Shown here: positions 49,501 through 62,000 of the stretch, piece after piece
Layout of the letters: the number at the start of each line of letters is the position of its first letter
Position numbering within the stretch: position 1 is the stretch's first letter
Assembly (NCBI GenBank): GCA_964035545.1
Contig: OZ037765.1
Span: 25,729,504-25,793,503 of the forward strand
Length of the DNA stretch: 64,000 bases
Reading direction: 5' to 3'
Source of the DNA: Bugula neritina
Lineage: Eukaryota; Animalia; Bryozoa
Position numbers and translations under genes: made by a program
The notes under the pieces: model-generated
What the model saw: only the letters and a program-made list of their open reading frames with translations
Told to the model about the DNA's origin: nothing
The model's database searches: none

Positions 49501-52423
49501 TAGTTCGGCCCCAGACAGCTGCTATGGTTCAGACTACAGTTGTGGATGAAGGGACTGGTCTGGTTGCTGCAGGTGCTCTGTCACCCATTGAGATGTCAGC
49601 TGCTAACCCATCCCATCCTATTCAACGCCAAACCTCTACTATAAACATGTAAGTGTGTTTTGCTCTGTTAGTTTCAGATTAGTACAACTCAGTTCACTTG
49701 GTAAACTCTATACTGAATTATATGAATGATATGAATACTTGTATATTTAGGATTGGAATCAGTGGCAGTGGAAGTAGTGATGAGCACAAGAACGGCAATG
49801 AGTCAATGTATGTGGGAGATTTGAGTGACAGTGCCATGGCCTCCCCCTATGAGAAGCCCGTCTCTTTCAAGTCTGAAGTAGCTCTATTTTCACCACGAAG
49901 CTCTGATGGTTATGGTGAGATTATTGTGTTATTCTGATGCTTCAATATTTGAAGATTGTAAAAACTCGTATGGGTCTTCTATAGTGAACACTTCTTGTGA
50001 CTTTAGGCAATTGCCACTGCAAAGATGAAGTGGAGTTAGAAGAGGCCATTGCTTTGTCTAAAGCTATGGAGTTGTCTACTAACCAAGCAGAGTTGCCCAA
50101 AGTACCTGGTCTGAGTTCAAGACGGGAGGAGGAGACAATCACCATTCATGTACAGCCTGATCAAACTGTTAGTATAATAGTACTAGTCCAGCTCTTTTCT
50201 TTTTTTGTATTTTATTATTGTGAGGCTGAACAATTCAGTTATCGTAATTTCTAATATAGAACTTTTAAATAATACAGCATTTAAACATAATTGCTTGATA
50301 AAAGTTGAAATAAAATATTGCTTATAAATATATTAAAACTGGAAGACCTTGTATTTCAACAAATGAAAAACTGTCAGAAAATGTTAGAGTTACTAGCTTT
50401 ATACAAAACATAGCTAGATGATATGTAATGTACTTACTACTCTCTTACATGCAGGATGGTAGGGGAGGACAAGTTGAATATTTAGAGAATGTGCACTGGA
50501 AACGTGGCATGATGCTCGGCACAGGTGCTTTCAGTACTTGCTATCAGTGTAGAGACGTGAAGACTGGTATCATCATGGCTGTCAAACAGGTTCATATTAT
50601 TACATGTTGTGTTGTCATTCAAGTCGTTTATATATAGCATGTTATCAGATGATATTGTCAGTAGAAGCAGCATGTAGGATGTGATTTAATTAAAAAATAG
50701 TTGAAAAGACAACTATCAAACTGATAAAAAGCATAAACAAGAATTTGTGTTGTGCAGTTTTATTACATAGAAAATTATAACTTTTGAAAAATTTCTTTCA
50801 ATATTCAAAAAGTTTTTTTAAACACAAAACTGAATTCACTCAACATGTTTTTGAATTTTTTAAAAGAAACATTGTGATTTCATTATTCCTTTATTGTCCA
50901 TGAAAAAATATGCTACACTGAATAACTTTTTCGATTTTTATTGACAAATTTCCTGAGTTTGATGGCATAAAACTTTCCACAATGAATAAACCAATTTATA
51001 TTGTTTTCTGTACACAAAACCAACTTGTAACTGATCATGCTACAGATCTCATTCTGTCGAAACTCGGAACGTGAGCAGGACTCCATATGCAAGGCAGTGA
51101 TAGACGAGATACGCATGATGGCCACACTGAATCATCCAAATATTGTGAGAATACTGGGTGCCACTCAGACTGGAGCTCACTTCAACATGTTTGTAGAATG
51201 GATGCCAGGTGGTAGTGTCTCACATTTACTTGAAAAATACGGAGCTTTCTCCGAACCTGTAATCACGAGTTACACGCAGCAAGTGTTTATGGGACTTGCC
51301 TACTTACATGACCATCACATACTGCATAGAGATATGAAAGGTAATTCATGTACAATTTTGTTTAAAAAAACAATAATATTGAATATTCACACATACTTGT
51401 GTTCATTAAATAATATAGATAAATTAATAAAACAAGCATTATATTTCCCTGCATTTATTTTAATGGAGACGCAACAAAACAGAGAATCATCAGTAAACAA
51501 GAAATGTGTTACAAATTATAGTATATGAGAATTGTCCCCTCTAAATATATAGTTTACATCACTCCAAAGTGTCAACTATTATAAAACTAATACTCATTAT
51601 ACTCATGCTTGATGCTACTATAGTTTATTCAAATATCGCACCTGGCATACTCATTTCTTGACAGGTCTCCGGTGTTACTTTTTATTTTCATCTGATTAAA
51701 ATGCCTATATTGATTTTATAGGTGCCAATCTGTTGGTTGATAGTACAGGTAAACACCTGAGAATCGGTGATTTCGGTGCTTGCGCTCAGCTAGCATCTTC
51801 CATGACTGGAGCCGGAGAGCTGAAAGGACAGCTACTTGGTACTATTGCATTTATGGCACCTGAGGTCAGTTTATTAACATTTATTTCTACTTCCTCATAA
51901 TGTCTCACTTCATGTTCTTTCCACATCTCTGAACATAATCTGTGATTTCTTCACTTATCCGATCAACTATTTCATCAACAGATTGTCCGCAGTTGATGTG
52001 TTGTCTTATTGTGTTGCAGGTTCTGCGAGGTGAACACTACGGCAGAGCATGTGACGTGTGGAGTGTTGGCTGTGTAATCATAGAGATGGTTACTACTAAA
52101 CCCCCATGGAATGCCAGCAACGTGTCTAACCATCTCAAACTTATATTTACAGTTAGTACACCATTCAATAATTTGCAAAAAAGAGTATTCAAGTGAGGAT
52201 TTGAAGAGAAGGCAACCTTGTACTATTTGTTTCATGTCGTATTTTATTGATTATATTTTAGATTGCTTCTGCTAATGCTTCTCCGCCAATTCCAGAAAAC
52301 TTACCTCCAGCTATAAAAGATATAATGTTGCGATGTTTAGAGCCGGAATCCAAACATCGCCCTCCAGCCAAAGAACTGTTACAGCATCCTCTCTTTACGC
52401 GATCACATTACCGCAGGCGGTAG
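37555..52423 (+). CDS. MAP3K1: Mitogen-activated protein kinase kinase kinase 1 (MEKK1): SWIM, RING/PHD, TOG/ARM-like, UIM, STE11-family kinase
   Basis: 27 in-frame exons: 37555-37670, 37788-37893, 38436-38489, 38634-38771, 39858-40043, 40164-40280, 41817-41950, 43562-43680, 44189-44270, 44799-44979, 45451-45738, 45849-45961, 46129-46220, 46414-46699, 46798-47002, 47219-47759, 47911-48137, 48461-48719, 48804-49022, 49159-49648, 49751-49914, 50007-50167, 50455-50589, 51046-51340, 51722-51864, 52020-52151, 52262-52423. Motifs: '[13 protein letters not shown]', SWIM '[11 protein letters not shown]', RING '[21 protein letters not shown]', '[12 protein letters not shown]', UIM '[10 protein letters not shown]', kinase '[42 protein letters not shown]'. 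Confidence 0.96.
38823..39239. mobile_element. Fold-back / MITE-like palindrome in MAP3K1 intron 4
   Basis: Left arm 38823-39011 is the near-perfect reverse complement of right arm 39023-39239. The loop is 11 nt (cgacaaaaccc). The right arm carries a ~28-nt extra segment at ~39112-39140. Both ends terminate in TA. Confidence 0.9.
39262..39447 (-). mobile_element. tRNA-derived SINE
   Basis: Minus strand reads GGGAGCAGCCA-TGGTCTAGGGG (A box) ... GGGTTCGAACCC (B box), then 'tggtgatgttaggaagggcatccag', which from memory resembles the conserved central Meta-type SINE domain. No full tRNA cloverleaf. The 3' end is approximate. Confidence 0.75.
41129..41266. repeat. 21-bp minisatellite (GTATATATTACTCTAATGCTA) x ~6.5
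   Basis: Direct tandem copies starting at 41129, 41150, 41171, 41192, 41213, 41234 and 41255 (partial). Confidence 0.95.
42716..42790. repeat. 16-bp minisatellite (TTGCCCTATTTTGGAG) x ~4.5
   Basis: Directly visible tandem copies with a few substitutions. Confidence 0.9.
44119..44180. repeat. 15-bp minisatellite (CTTTACTGTGTTGTA) x4 just upstream of a splice acceptor
   Basis: Tandem copies end 8 nt before the MAP3K1 exon that starts at 44189. Confidence 0.9.
46024..46115. repeat. Degenerate 15-bp minisatellite (TTGATGTCATACTAT-like) x ~6
   Basis: tgatgtcatactatgc / tggtgtcatactatgt / tgatatcatcctatgt / tgacgtcatgctatga ... Confidence 0.8.
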
Positions 52424-53082
52424 GTTGTTGATATTTTTATTTTTTATGGTACTCTACTATATGAAGACTTAGTATTGATGTTTCTTTAGTTTATTAAATT
52501 CATTTTTGTTCTATGCAGTTTAGATGCTCAATTTTATTTTACAATGATGAAATTATTTTTAACGTTTATAAATTATGCTTATGATTAAAGTTGAGGTTAT
52601 ATGGAAACAAGCCTTCACTTTTAGCTGTCAGCTTTTGCCTTGTGACATCAAAAATTCACATGTTATTGTTTGTTGAATAATTTGTATTCAAATGATTTTA
52701 TCATATTAATATTCTATATAATAATGTAATGCTTATATATTATATCTTTGGCTATAGCATGTAACAATGTAGCACGCAAAACAATTGTACATACATATAA
52801 ACTATGTAGATTTGTTAAAAATAAAAATGTTACTATTATATAACTTAGATACCTGCTATTGATTATTAGTACAAAAATAAGTTATGACAGAATAAAATTT
52901 GTTATATATAGCTACAAAAATTGTATAAAAAGGAAAATTCAATACACCGCATTTTGACAGCAGAAAATATATCAACCCTGGATAAAAATATAGTTGAAAT
53001 ATAACCAAGTGTAATATGGAAATGCCAGAGGTTCAGTAACAAAATATAGATGAGAATAATCTACAACATGCACAACATTATG

Positions 53083-56000
53083 TTAACTATTTTGATAAGT
53101 GTCTAAGTCCATAGAACTTAAGCTAGTAGGGTTTCTGCCCACTAAAGCATCTTCATTAAAGGAATGTGAATTATTAGATTTGTTAACTTGAAATTGTTCA
53201 TTCTGTGATTGACTCATAGTTGATGCGAGTGAGAAAACATTCTCATAGCCAGATGTATTCTGTGCTGGAAGAACATAGTTGTTATACTCTGCGGCATGTT
53301 GATGTTTTGCCAGCTTTCTATCTGTACCGCTAGCAGATATTTTGCCTACTCTGGGTTTGAGATAAGGTCCATCTGAGAATTTGCTAGTTTCTGTTTCAGA
53401 TATAACAGGAGTACCTTCAACTAAGCCTAACTCACTGCAGCGATTTGAATCACGCTCTCCTGTAGTAACGTCCGAGACAGCATAATGCGATGGTTCTCTA
53501 TCAAGTTCTTTCTTTTCAGATCTAAGTTCAAAGTCAGTATGAGGCGTCTGTACTGATTCGGCCGTATCATACATTGTGTATGGCCGAGAGGGCTTTTTGG
53601 ATGACCAGTTAGGCAAAACTGTTCCTGTGATACGCTGTGAAGATTGTCTTCTAGGTGAGGCTGCCTCATCCTTTAGTTTGTTTAAATTAGAAAGATTGAC
53701 ATAATCGTGGACTTTTTTGTTTACCCGCGGCTTTGGTAGAGGCACTGGCTTAATTTTGCCAGACACCATTACCTCTCTCTCAGGGGCGACATCCTTATTC
53801 AAAATTGTAGAATGATAGTGGATCTTGGAACCACTAGGTTCGTCATTTGTACCAAGAACAACGCTGTCGTACAAGTAGTTGGTAGCTTGCATAGGCGTAG
53901 ATCCACTGGTAGACCCTAAAGACAAAAATATAAAAGCCTCCATTCTTATTTGAATCAAAACATTTTATAGCAGCAAAATAGAATCACAGTTCATTTGCTT
54001 GAAAAACACTCATGTGAGTACATGTATACAAGATAAATCAGCTCAGGTTTTTAGACAAGCTAAAGAAATAGCTGCACTACACTCCCTGTAAAAGCACACA
54101 GTGCAAACATAGCAGATGCACATACTGACAACACATAATAATTTAATGTTGGATTCTACAGAATGACAGCCCATTCCATATATACCAATAAACACTAAAA
54201 AATCGAATACCACTTGAAAATTAAAACTTGAAAGTTAGGTAAAAATTTAAAAAAAACCATAAAGATCTGTGGCTCATTCTATTTAATGATAATCGCAACT
54301 TGACAATTATGTTGAAAATTTAAAAACTGTAAGTTGGCTTTCCTTCATTCTTCATAAATCGCTAATAGCTGCATATATAGTCAATTTTAATGAAAACGCA
54401 TGACACAACAACCACGTTTCCTTCTAAATAAAGGCAATGAAAAGCGTTAGATATACTTATCCATTAATTCAGCAAATTATAAATATTATTACAAGTTTGG
54501 TAAATTACATTGGGAAAAATTACGACGAAGTTCCCGTGTAAAAGCTAATATTTAGCACCAAACTTGTGTAATGTATATATTTTTACCTACACAGTTTCAA
54601 AGCAGCATATTAGGATGCAACCAATTACATGACAATAACTTACAACATACCATGCAACATATGAACTCTGCTAGCTATTGAAGAAGCAAATATAGAGTCC
54701 AGTGAAATAGACTGAGCTCTGGACAAATTTTCACTTGAAACTTTAGATCGCAAAACAGCCGTGTCTTCTTCTGAAGGCACGCTGTGTAAAACAGGCAGAT
54801 CTGCCGAGGAGTTGCAATTCCTTGCACCATTCCACTTCTTCTTTCTGGCGACGGATAGTCTCATGAGACGCTTACTTAGTGACATGACAGCCGGCTTTTT
54901 ACGATCTGCATAAGTATACTAAATATTGTTAGTCTATGAGGTTTATGTTACAGAGATTACTTCTGAAATATAGTTGGTAGTTGAAACAAAACAAAACTCA
55001 AGGACTAAATATTATTACACTTGAGAATTCATTGCGAAGTATTACTTGTTCAACCAAACAAAACTGCTAAAATGTTCAATAACTGGAAATTATAGCAGAT
55101 TTTCCATGTACTGGTAGAGAGAGCGTTGATCTTATGCACAAGCTTAATCAAGGAAACAGGAGGCTAGGGGCCCTATGCCTGAGAACCCACTTTCATATTA
55201 CAAAAACTAGCTAGAATATAAGGCTTTCTTACTGAATGGAGACAAGTTCTCCTCTCTTCCAGACTCAGCAAAGATTTTATCATAATGAGTGATGAGTAGA
55301 TCAGTTACAGCTGCTTGTAGTGATACATTCTGTAAGACTGCAAACGCATTCAAAGTAGAACCATTCTCCTCATACCTATGAAAAAGTTGCAACTTATAAA
55401 GAAAAATGAAAGACAGATATATGTTGTAGCGGTATAAATGCTCAACACATCACTGTAATACATACAACATGTTAAAAGCAAAAGTGTTGAAATTAATTTT
55501 TTATTTTAAGGAATATTTTCAATAAAGTTTAGTAGCCCAAAAGCTTTATTTTCAATGCACACCTTATAAGGTTGGGAGCCCAAACTATGGCCAAGTTTCG
55601 AGAAGTCATACTGGTTCGTTTGCTGTACGCAGTGAGTCTAGCCAGATGTGCAAACAAGTATTTCGCAGTTCTACAATTGAATAAAAACATCCATGCAATA
55701 GTATATAATATTAAATATAGTGAAATAAGCAGACAGATGACACCATTTTATAACATCACTTTATTACCTGTAATGAGGAGGTGGTAGGGTGGAGATGTGA
55801 GCTTTAACAGCTGCTACCTGTTTTCTCTCTTGCCGCAGCTGAACTGCACTCTACAAGTAAATTACATCAACTAATATATCTGAGATAGTAAGTAACTGCA
55901 TGCAGTCCCGTTTGAAAATTTCATTTTCGTTTTAAGCCTTTTAGTGAAATTACTGATAGTGGAAGAAAAGTCAGCATACTGTGGTTGTCTCAGCACGAGA

Positions 56001-59000
56001 TAATGCAAGGTAACATCATATTTATACATTATTTATATAGGAGTATTCAACAAAATTCGTAGACCCTGTAAACAAAATTGCATGTAATGACCTAAAACTC
56101 TTTGACAATATTGCTCACAGTAATGACGGTATTGAATCTCAGTGACAATTGTTAAATAGTTAATAAATAAACAAGTGAGACGAAATACACACTTACAACT
56201 AGTGCATCATACAGCTGAAAGGTAAGGAGGGGGTTTGGAAGCTCTCGAAAGTATGTCTTTAGTAACGTAGAAACTGCATGTATGTCAAGTAGTTCTTCCT
56301 CTGTGAAACATTCATGTCTGTCCAGATCGAAATCATCTCTAAAAATAGGTTAAAATAAGAGATATAATACACTGTGAAATAATAATTACAGGAGATGAAA
56401 AAGATAAAAGAATAGAGTAGATTTATTACTTTACTAGTATATACTAAATTAAATTAGATTGCAAATTTGCATGTTGAATCAATTTCCATGACCTGTTGAC
56501 ATTACATTTATTTTACGGACATATTTTACTATTATGGCCTGGGAAATAGCACTTCTGTAGAACAGAGCATTATACTACACATAACAGTAGAGTACACTAC
56601 ACAGTAGAACACACACATGCTACAGAGTAGAACAAACACACATTACAGAGTAGAACACACACACTACATAGTAGAACACACACACTACAGAGTAGAACAC
56701 ACATACACACTACAGAGTAGAACACACACACACACACTACAGAGTAGAACACACACACTACAGAGTAGAACACACACACTACAGAGTAGAACACACATAC
56801 ACACTACACAGTAGAACACACACACACACTACAGAGTAGAACACACACACTACAGAGTAGAACACACATACTACAGAGTAGAACACACACACACACACTA
56901 CAGAGTAGAACACACACACACTACAGAGTAGGACACACACACCACAGAGTAGAACACACACATACTACAGAGTAGGACACACGAACGGACCTCAGTGCCT
57001 GCACTTGTGTAACTCTTCCAGAGAGACGATAGATTCCATCAATCAGGCCGTGACGTTCGATAGCTTCACAACAGCAAACCAGTATCTTGGGAACTGCAAT
57101 AGTTCAAGGATTATAACATGTTTATGAATTTATATATAAATTTATGAAAAAGACCTCATCTTTTTTAAGTGAAATATAGCAAAATGAAATGTCTGTGTGT
57201 GCATGTGGGTGTGCAAGATTGTTTAAAATGAACTTTTTTAACAAATTTCTAAATATAAAAAGCATTGTTGGCAAAGCAACATGACAGAAGTGATTCAACT
57301 CACTGAGTAGACCAGCATTGGCAAGATGTTCGCCCAAGTCACTTCCAAACAGCCTATCCTTCACAATACCGGACTGTTTGAGTTGAGAGATGGCAGGGCG
57401 GTGGGGGAAGAACTGGAGTAGGAAAGCTATAAACTTTCCTCTTTTTTGTAACACTAAAAGCATTGTGCATATTTTTAAATAACAAATGAAATGCTTTGAT
57501 CTCTAACAGAATAAACATAACCAAAGGTGAGAACTTGGAGTTAGGAATCAAGCAGAATACACAGTGTAGTATGAGAACTTGAGTATGATAATAACTCACC
57601 AGGGAGCTGCTCTGTCTCTGCTAGCTGAGACACTGCAACTGAAGATTTGCGAGTCCCAATAATCTCAACACATTCAGAGGGGAAAAATCCGACCTACACA
57701 ATATATAGATGTCGTTAGCTAACCTTAAGTAGACAAGAGAGTTATTTCATAAGACGGCATTAAGAAAAACTCAAGATTTTAATGCTTCACATATTCTAAC
57801 CATTTACATTAATCTACATGTTGATATTCGTCATGATTTCAATCTATTCAACTAAACTATTTGCTCAACAAGTTTCACTTTTTTCAAACGATGAAAAATT
57901 TCAAGATTAACAAAACAACTTTTCCAATATTCTGTATAGCTTTGACTACTATTACAGTAATGGGATATTAACAGAGCCACAGAATTCTTTCCATCTTTGA
58001 TTAAAGAGCTCCGCCATTTTTGATAGCCAAAACCACCTGGTGATTTTTGGCCATCATTGGAAGGTGATCAGCTCGGTTTAAACACCATTTTCTTGTTTAT
58101 TTATTTTTTGATGACAGTTTTTATGAAGAAAGAGACAACATAGCCTACATATACATTATAAAATACCAAAGTCTGCACTTTCTCAAAATGATTTCAAACA
58201 TTCATTGATCTGTACTGCACATTGTCATCTGTGATCTTGCATTTATTTGCTTACTCTAGATGTATATTCTACACTACACCTGCTGAGGATGTCTGGAGAC
58301 TACATAACATAAACTAGCAGCTCTTAAACAGAATCCAACAATAACTATGTTACTGTAATGGGAGTAAATATTTAGTTAAACTTACAGTTAGCTCCTTTTT
58401 TCCTCTCCACCAGGAAGATACAGAAGCTGGGGGTTTGTCAATAACGGATATAAGATCCCCTTCCTACAGTAAGCAATGTGAAATCAACATTAGTCTATGT
58501 TAGTGTGGGAAAGACAGTCAAGGCAGCAACAAAACCTTAGGCTAGGCATTGATAGCAAAGTAATAGTTGAAACTGTCTAATACATGCTTCGTGGAAATAG
58601 CATATAATCATCACCAAGTAATTGTTTTAGTTAATGAAAAAGCGAGGAGTGGCTGTGGAAAGGTAGCTGAAACTATTACCCTCAAATACCCAATACATAA
58701 TATATCATTATGTATATATTATATTTGAAAATAGACTAGAATAGTTCAGAGTATATAATATCTTACAAGTCATGGCATACTGAAAGCTATAGTTGTTTAT
58801 TACATCATAAAATATTTGCTGTTTATTTGTGCTGACTGTGGCAACTTATCAGCTGCATTTCACATTTCAAACTGATAGAATTCATGTTAGTACCAGGAAA
58901 TCAATAAAATGGCTAATTATATGCAGTCTTACATGCTAAAAATTGTATATTTTTGCATAGCTTAGATTTGCATGTTTCAGTTTGTTTGTTTGTTTTTATT

Positions 59001-62000
59001 TTGTCGTAGTGGGGGGGGGGGAAATTAATTGAGAAAAAATAAACAAAATGACAGGGCCTATGGCGCAATAGCACTGTAGTTAGTCGAGGCACCGAGCCAT
59101 GAATGGTTGACAGTTATATAAACGTTTGGGTTTAGAGTTTCCTTAATCTATTATAGTCAGACAACCCATCACGCTACGAGATTTAGTTAGAACTATGGCT
59201 CTTAATTACAATGACTGCAATTTGCATTTACATTCAAAATGAAGTGTGATACTAAAATACTTTTATATCCCAAACTAACGTACTAAGCTGTATCAGGTGA
59301 ACATTCAGCACTGTAATTGGTCAACTCAATAGTACAAGTGCATCATATATTATTATGACACCATATGACACAACATGTAGCATAAATTTTAAGTTTGATT
59401 AATTAATTCAGTCAACTTCCAGAAAATTTAAATACATGTCAGCCTGTTAGTATTAAGGTGATACATTGAGACATTAGAACTACAATGCTATTTATTCTAA
59501 CTGTGGGCTGATATTAATTGCTGTAAATACAAAGGCTTGGAATTGAGACATTAAAGGAAAAAAATTATTTCCTATAAATTCATGAGACTTAATGCTGAAT
59601 GATTAATAACGAGGATAACTACATAAGTAATATAATTAGACTTCACAATAGAACATGTGTTTTGTTAGAATTAGCAAAGGAATTTCACTGCACATGAGTT
59701 ATTATAATGGAAATATGGAGTTGTACTTAATACGAAACATGTGAGAAATATTGTAATATGCGCAATTATTTGACTCACAGGGTGAATCACACTATCAGAA
59801 CTAGGATGTTCCAACGCATACCTTAGTCCAGCTAGTAGATGCATTCACTAACCTTAAGTTCAAGTTCGTCAAAGTCTGAAGCATGGAAGGCTTTCACAAC
59901 AATAGCGTTAGCTACAGCAGGAATGTTGATAGCAGAGTTAGTTTCCGATGAAATTAGTCTTCCTCCATTACTACTCAACTAGAATATTATTAATAGTAAG
60001 AAAACACCCTAAAGATAAGAATTATTGAAAATATTGTTGAAATTGCTTAACTATGAGGAAATATTAGTGAGATAAAGACACAGTGTCATACTGAGCTGCT
60101 AAAGAGTGTAATGAACTTAATGACTAGTTACTACATCAACTATTACTATAATTACCAAACTAGGGTATGAATAGTATACTACAGCATGTAATGGAAAATC
60201 TTTGTTGAATAATTGCGCCTATGACTCAGGAAAAAGTGGAAGTTATAATCTGATAAACTGATTTAGCAACGCATTACACATGACCATATATGCAGATAGT
60301 TGAATATAATGAAAAGGACGTTGAGCCGTATGAATGTTTCTAATAAACTCAGCCTATTTATATACTTTATTGTACCTCAAAAAAGTTGAGCACAGTTCCA
60401 CAGTTGATGCTGTTTCCACTGAGATATGAGAATCTTTTGAGATAAGATGTCAGAATTGCTGTCATATTCTATGAAAGCAGGAAAAGTTAAAGTAACTGTA
60501 CAGTACATGAAGTAAGCTATTCAATGATTAGGAAGCTGGCATATTGGGCAGAGAAACCAACGACAATCATTAGAATTTAAAGCTGCAAGTTGCACTGAAG
60601 ACGATGCAGCAAGTTCTAATACCTGTTGATGCTGAGAGAAATGCAACTCAATGTCTGGCAACTGAGAATAGTTTCTGTCGAACACACAGTAGTGTATCTG
60701 TCTGTCCAGCAGTATAAAATTCTCAGCACTTCTGTGAACTACCCAAGAAGTCCCGGATGATGAATTTACAACTACTTTGTAGTTTTCCCCTGATTTTGGG
60801 GGTCCCCCTTCATCAATGTACGCCTAGAACAAAATAGAACTTGAAGGGCCTCACAACAATTATTGGTAAGATCTGTTGGTGATGAAGTGTGCAAGAAGTG
60901 CCGTGATATTATACTAATAGTTTTTCTAAATTGTAATGGTATGAATTGTGAGCACATTTCTACATGCTGTGACATTACTTTAACAAAAGCTGCCATCTGC
61001 TGCTATAAAGGATTAGAAACTGCAACTACACAAGAATTAACAAGGAAGTGTTCAACATCAATGCATGGCACCACTCCTTCTACTAAAATAGCTAGCTGTA
61101 ATAACCATAATATGTTATCAAGATATCGCCTTACATTCGCACACATTACACTTTATTAACATAGAGCTGTGGGATTATTAGCAATCCATTTCAAGTAGTA
61201 TTAGTGTATTGACTTACTGAAACTTTTCCGATGTCTACTTTGTTATAGTGAAAATGGGCGAACTCTTTTAGCTGTGGAAATTTTACGGTTCCAGTTTTTG
61301 TGGCTTTCCTGGAATACAACCAACTGCACACTATACTAGCCTTAACAGCACATGTACCATAGTCTTTAGCAATTAGCTTATAAGGTACAGCATGACTAAC
61401 ACTGTTTACAGTAAATACTAAGAATGCCAATTGGCAACAAACTGCATGCAGTGGTAGTTGATATGCCAGGAGAACATCATACTGTAGACGGAGGTTTGTA
61501 CTTATAACTAAACAGGGATGAGCAAAGAAAATGAAGAAAGCGGTGGGCTCACCTCAGTGGTTTGATTTCTTTACTGACAATGTGAGGGGGCGTATATGCT
61601 AACTCTTCTACAGGTGGCTGTAATACAAGTAGAATGCATGTAAAACATTGTAGGTAAGGGCACCACCTGTTATACTTCACACCTTATTTACACAGCAAAC
61701 ACATGACTATGAAGGAAGTTCCGTAGGTTGATTTTCCACCTTCAGTAAAATAATTTGTTGAAATGTTGAATGGTTTTCTACTCTACACATTGAAGACTGC
61801 AAGAAATGAAAAGAGGCTAAACATATTCCACAGTTAACCAATGGAATAGTAACATACATTAACTTAAAATGATCAAAAGAAGCTTATATTGTAGATACAA
61901 GTAACTGGACTGTATAAAACTTTCATTTCATCTCAATTTTGTTCAATAATAGTGAAAAATATAGATTACTCTAAAATCTTTAGATTTGACCAGAATGCAA

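Noticed and set aside
56575-56982. Regular repeat-spacer look and repetitive ORFs (FYSVVCV / LQSRTHT)
   Set aside because: The 'spacers' are just (AC)n of variable length in an animal intron. This is a minisatellite, not a CRISPR array or coding sequence.
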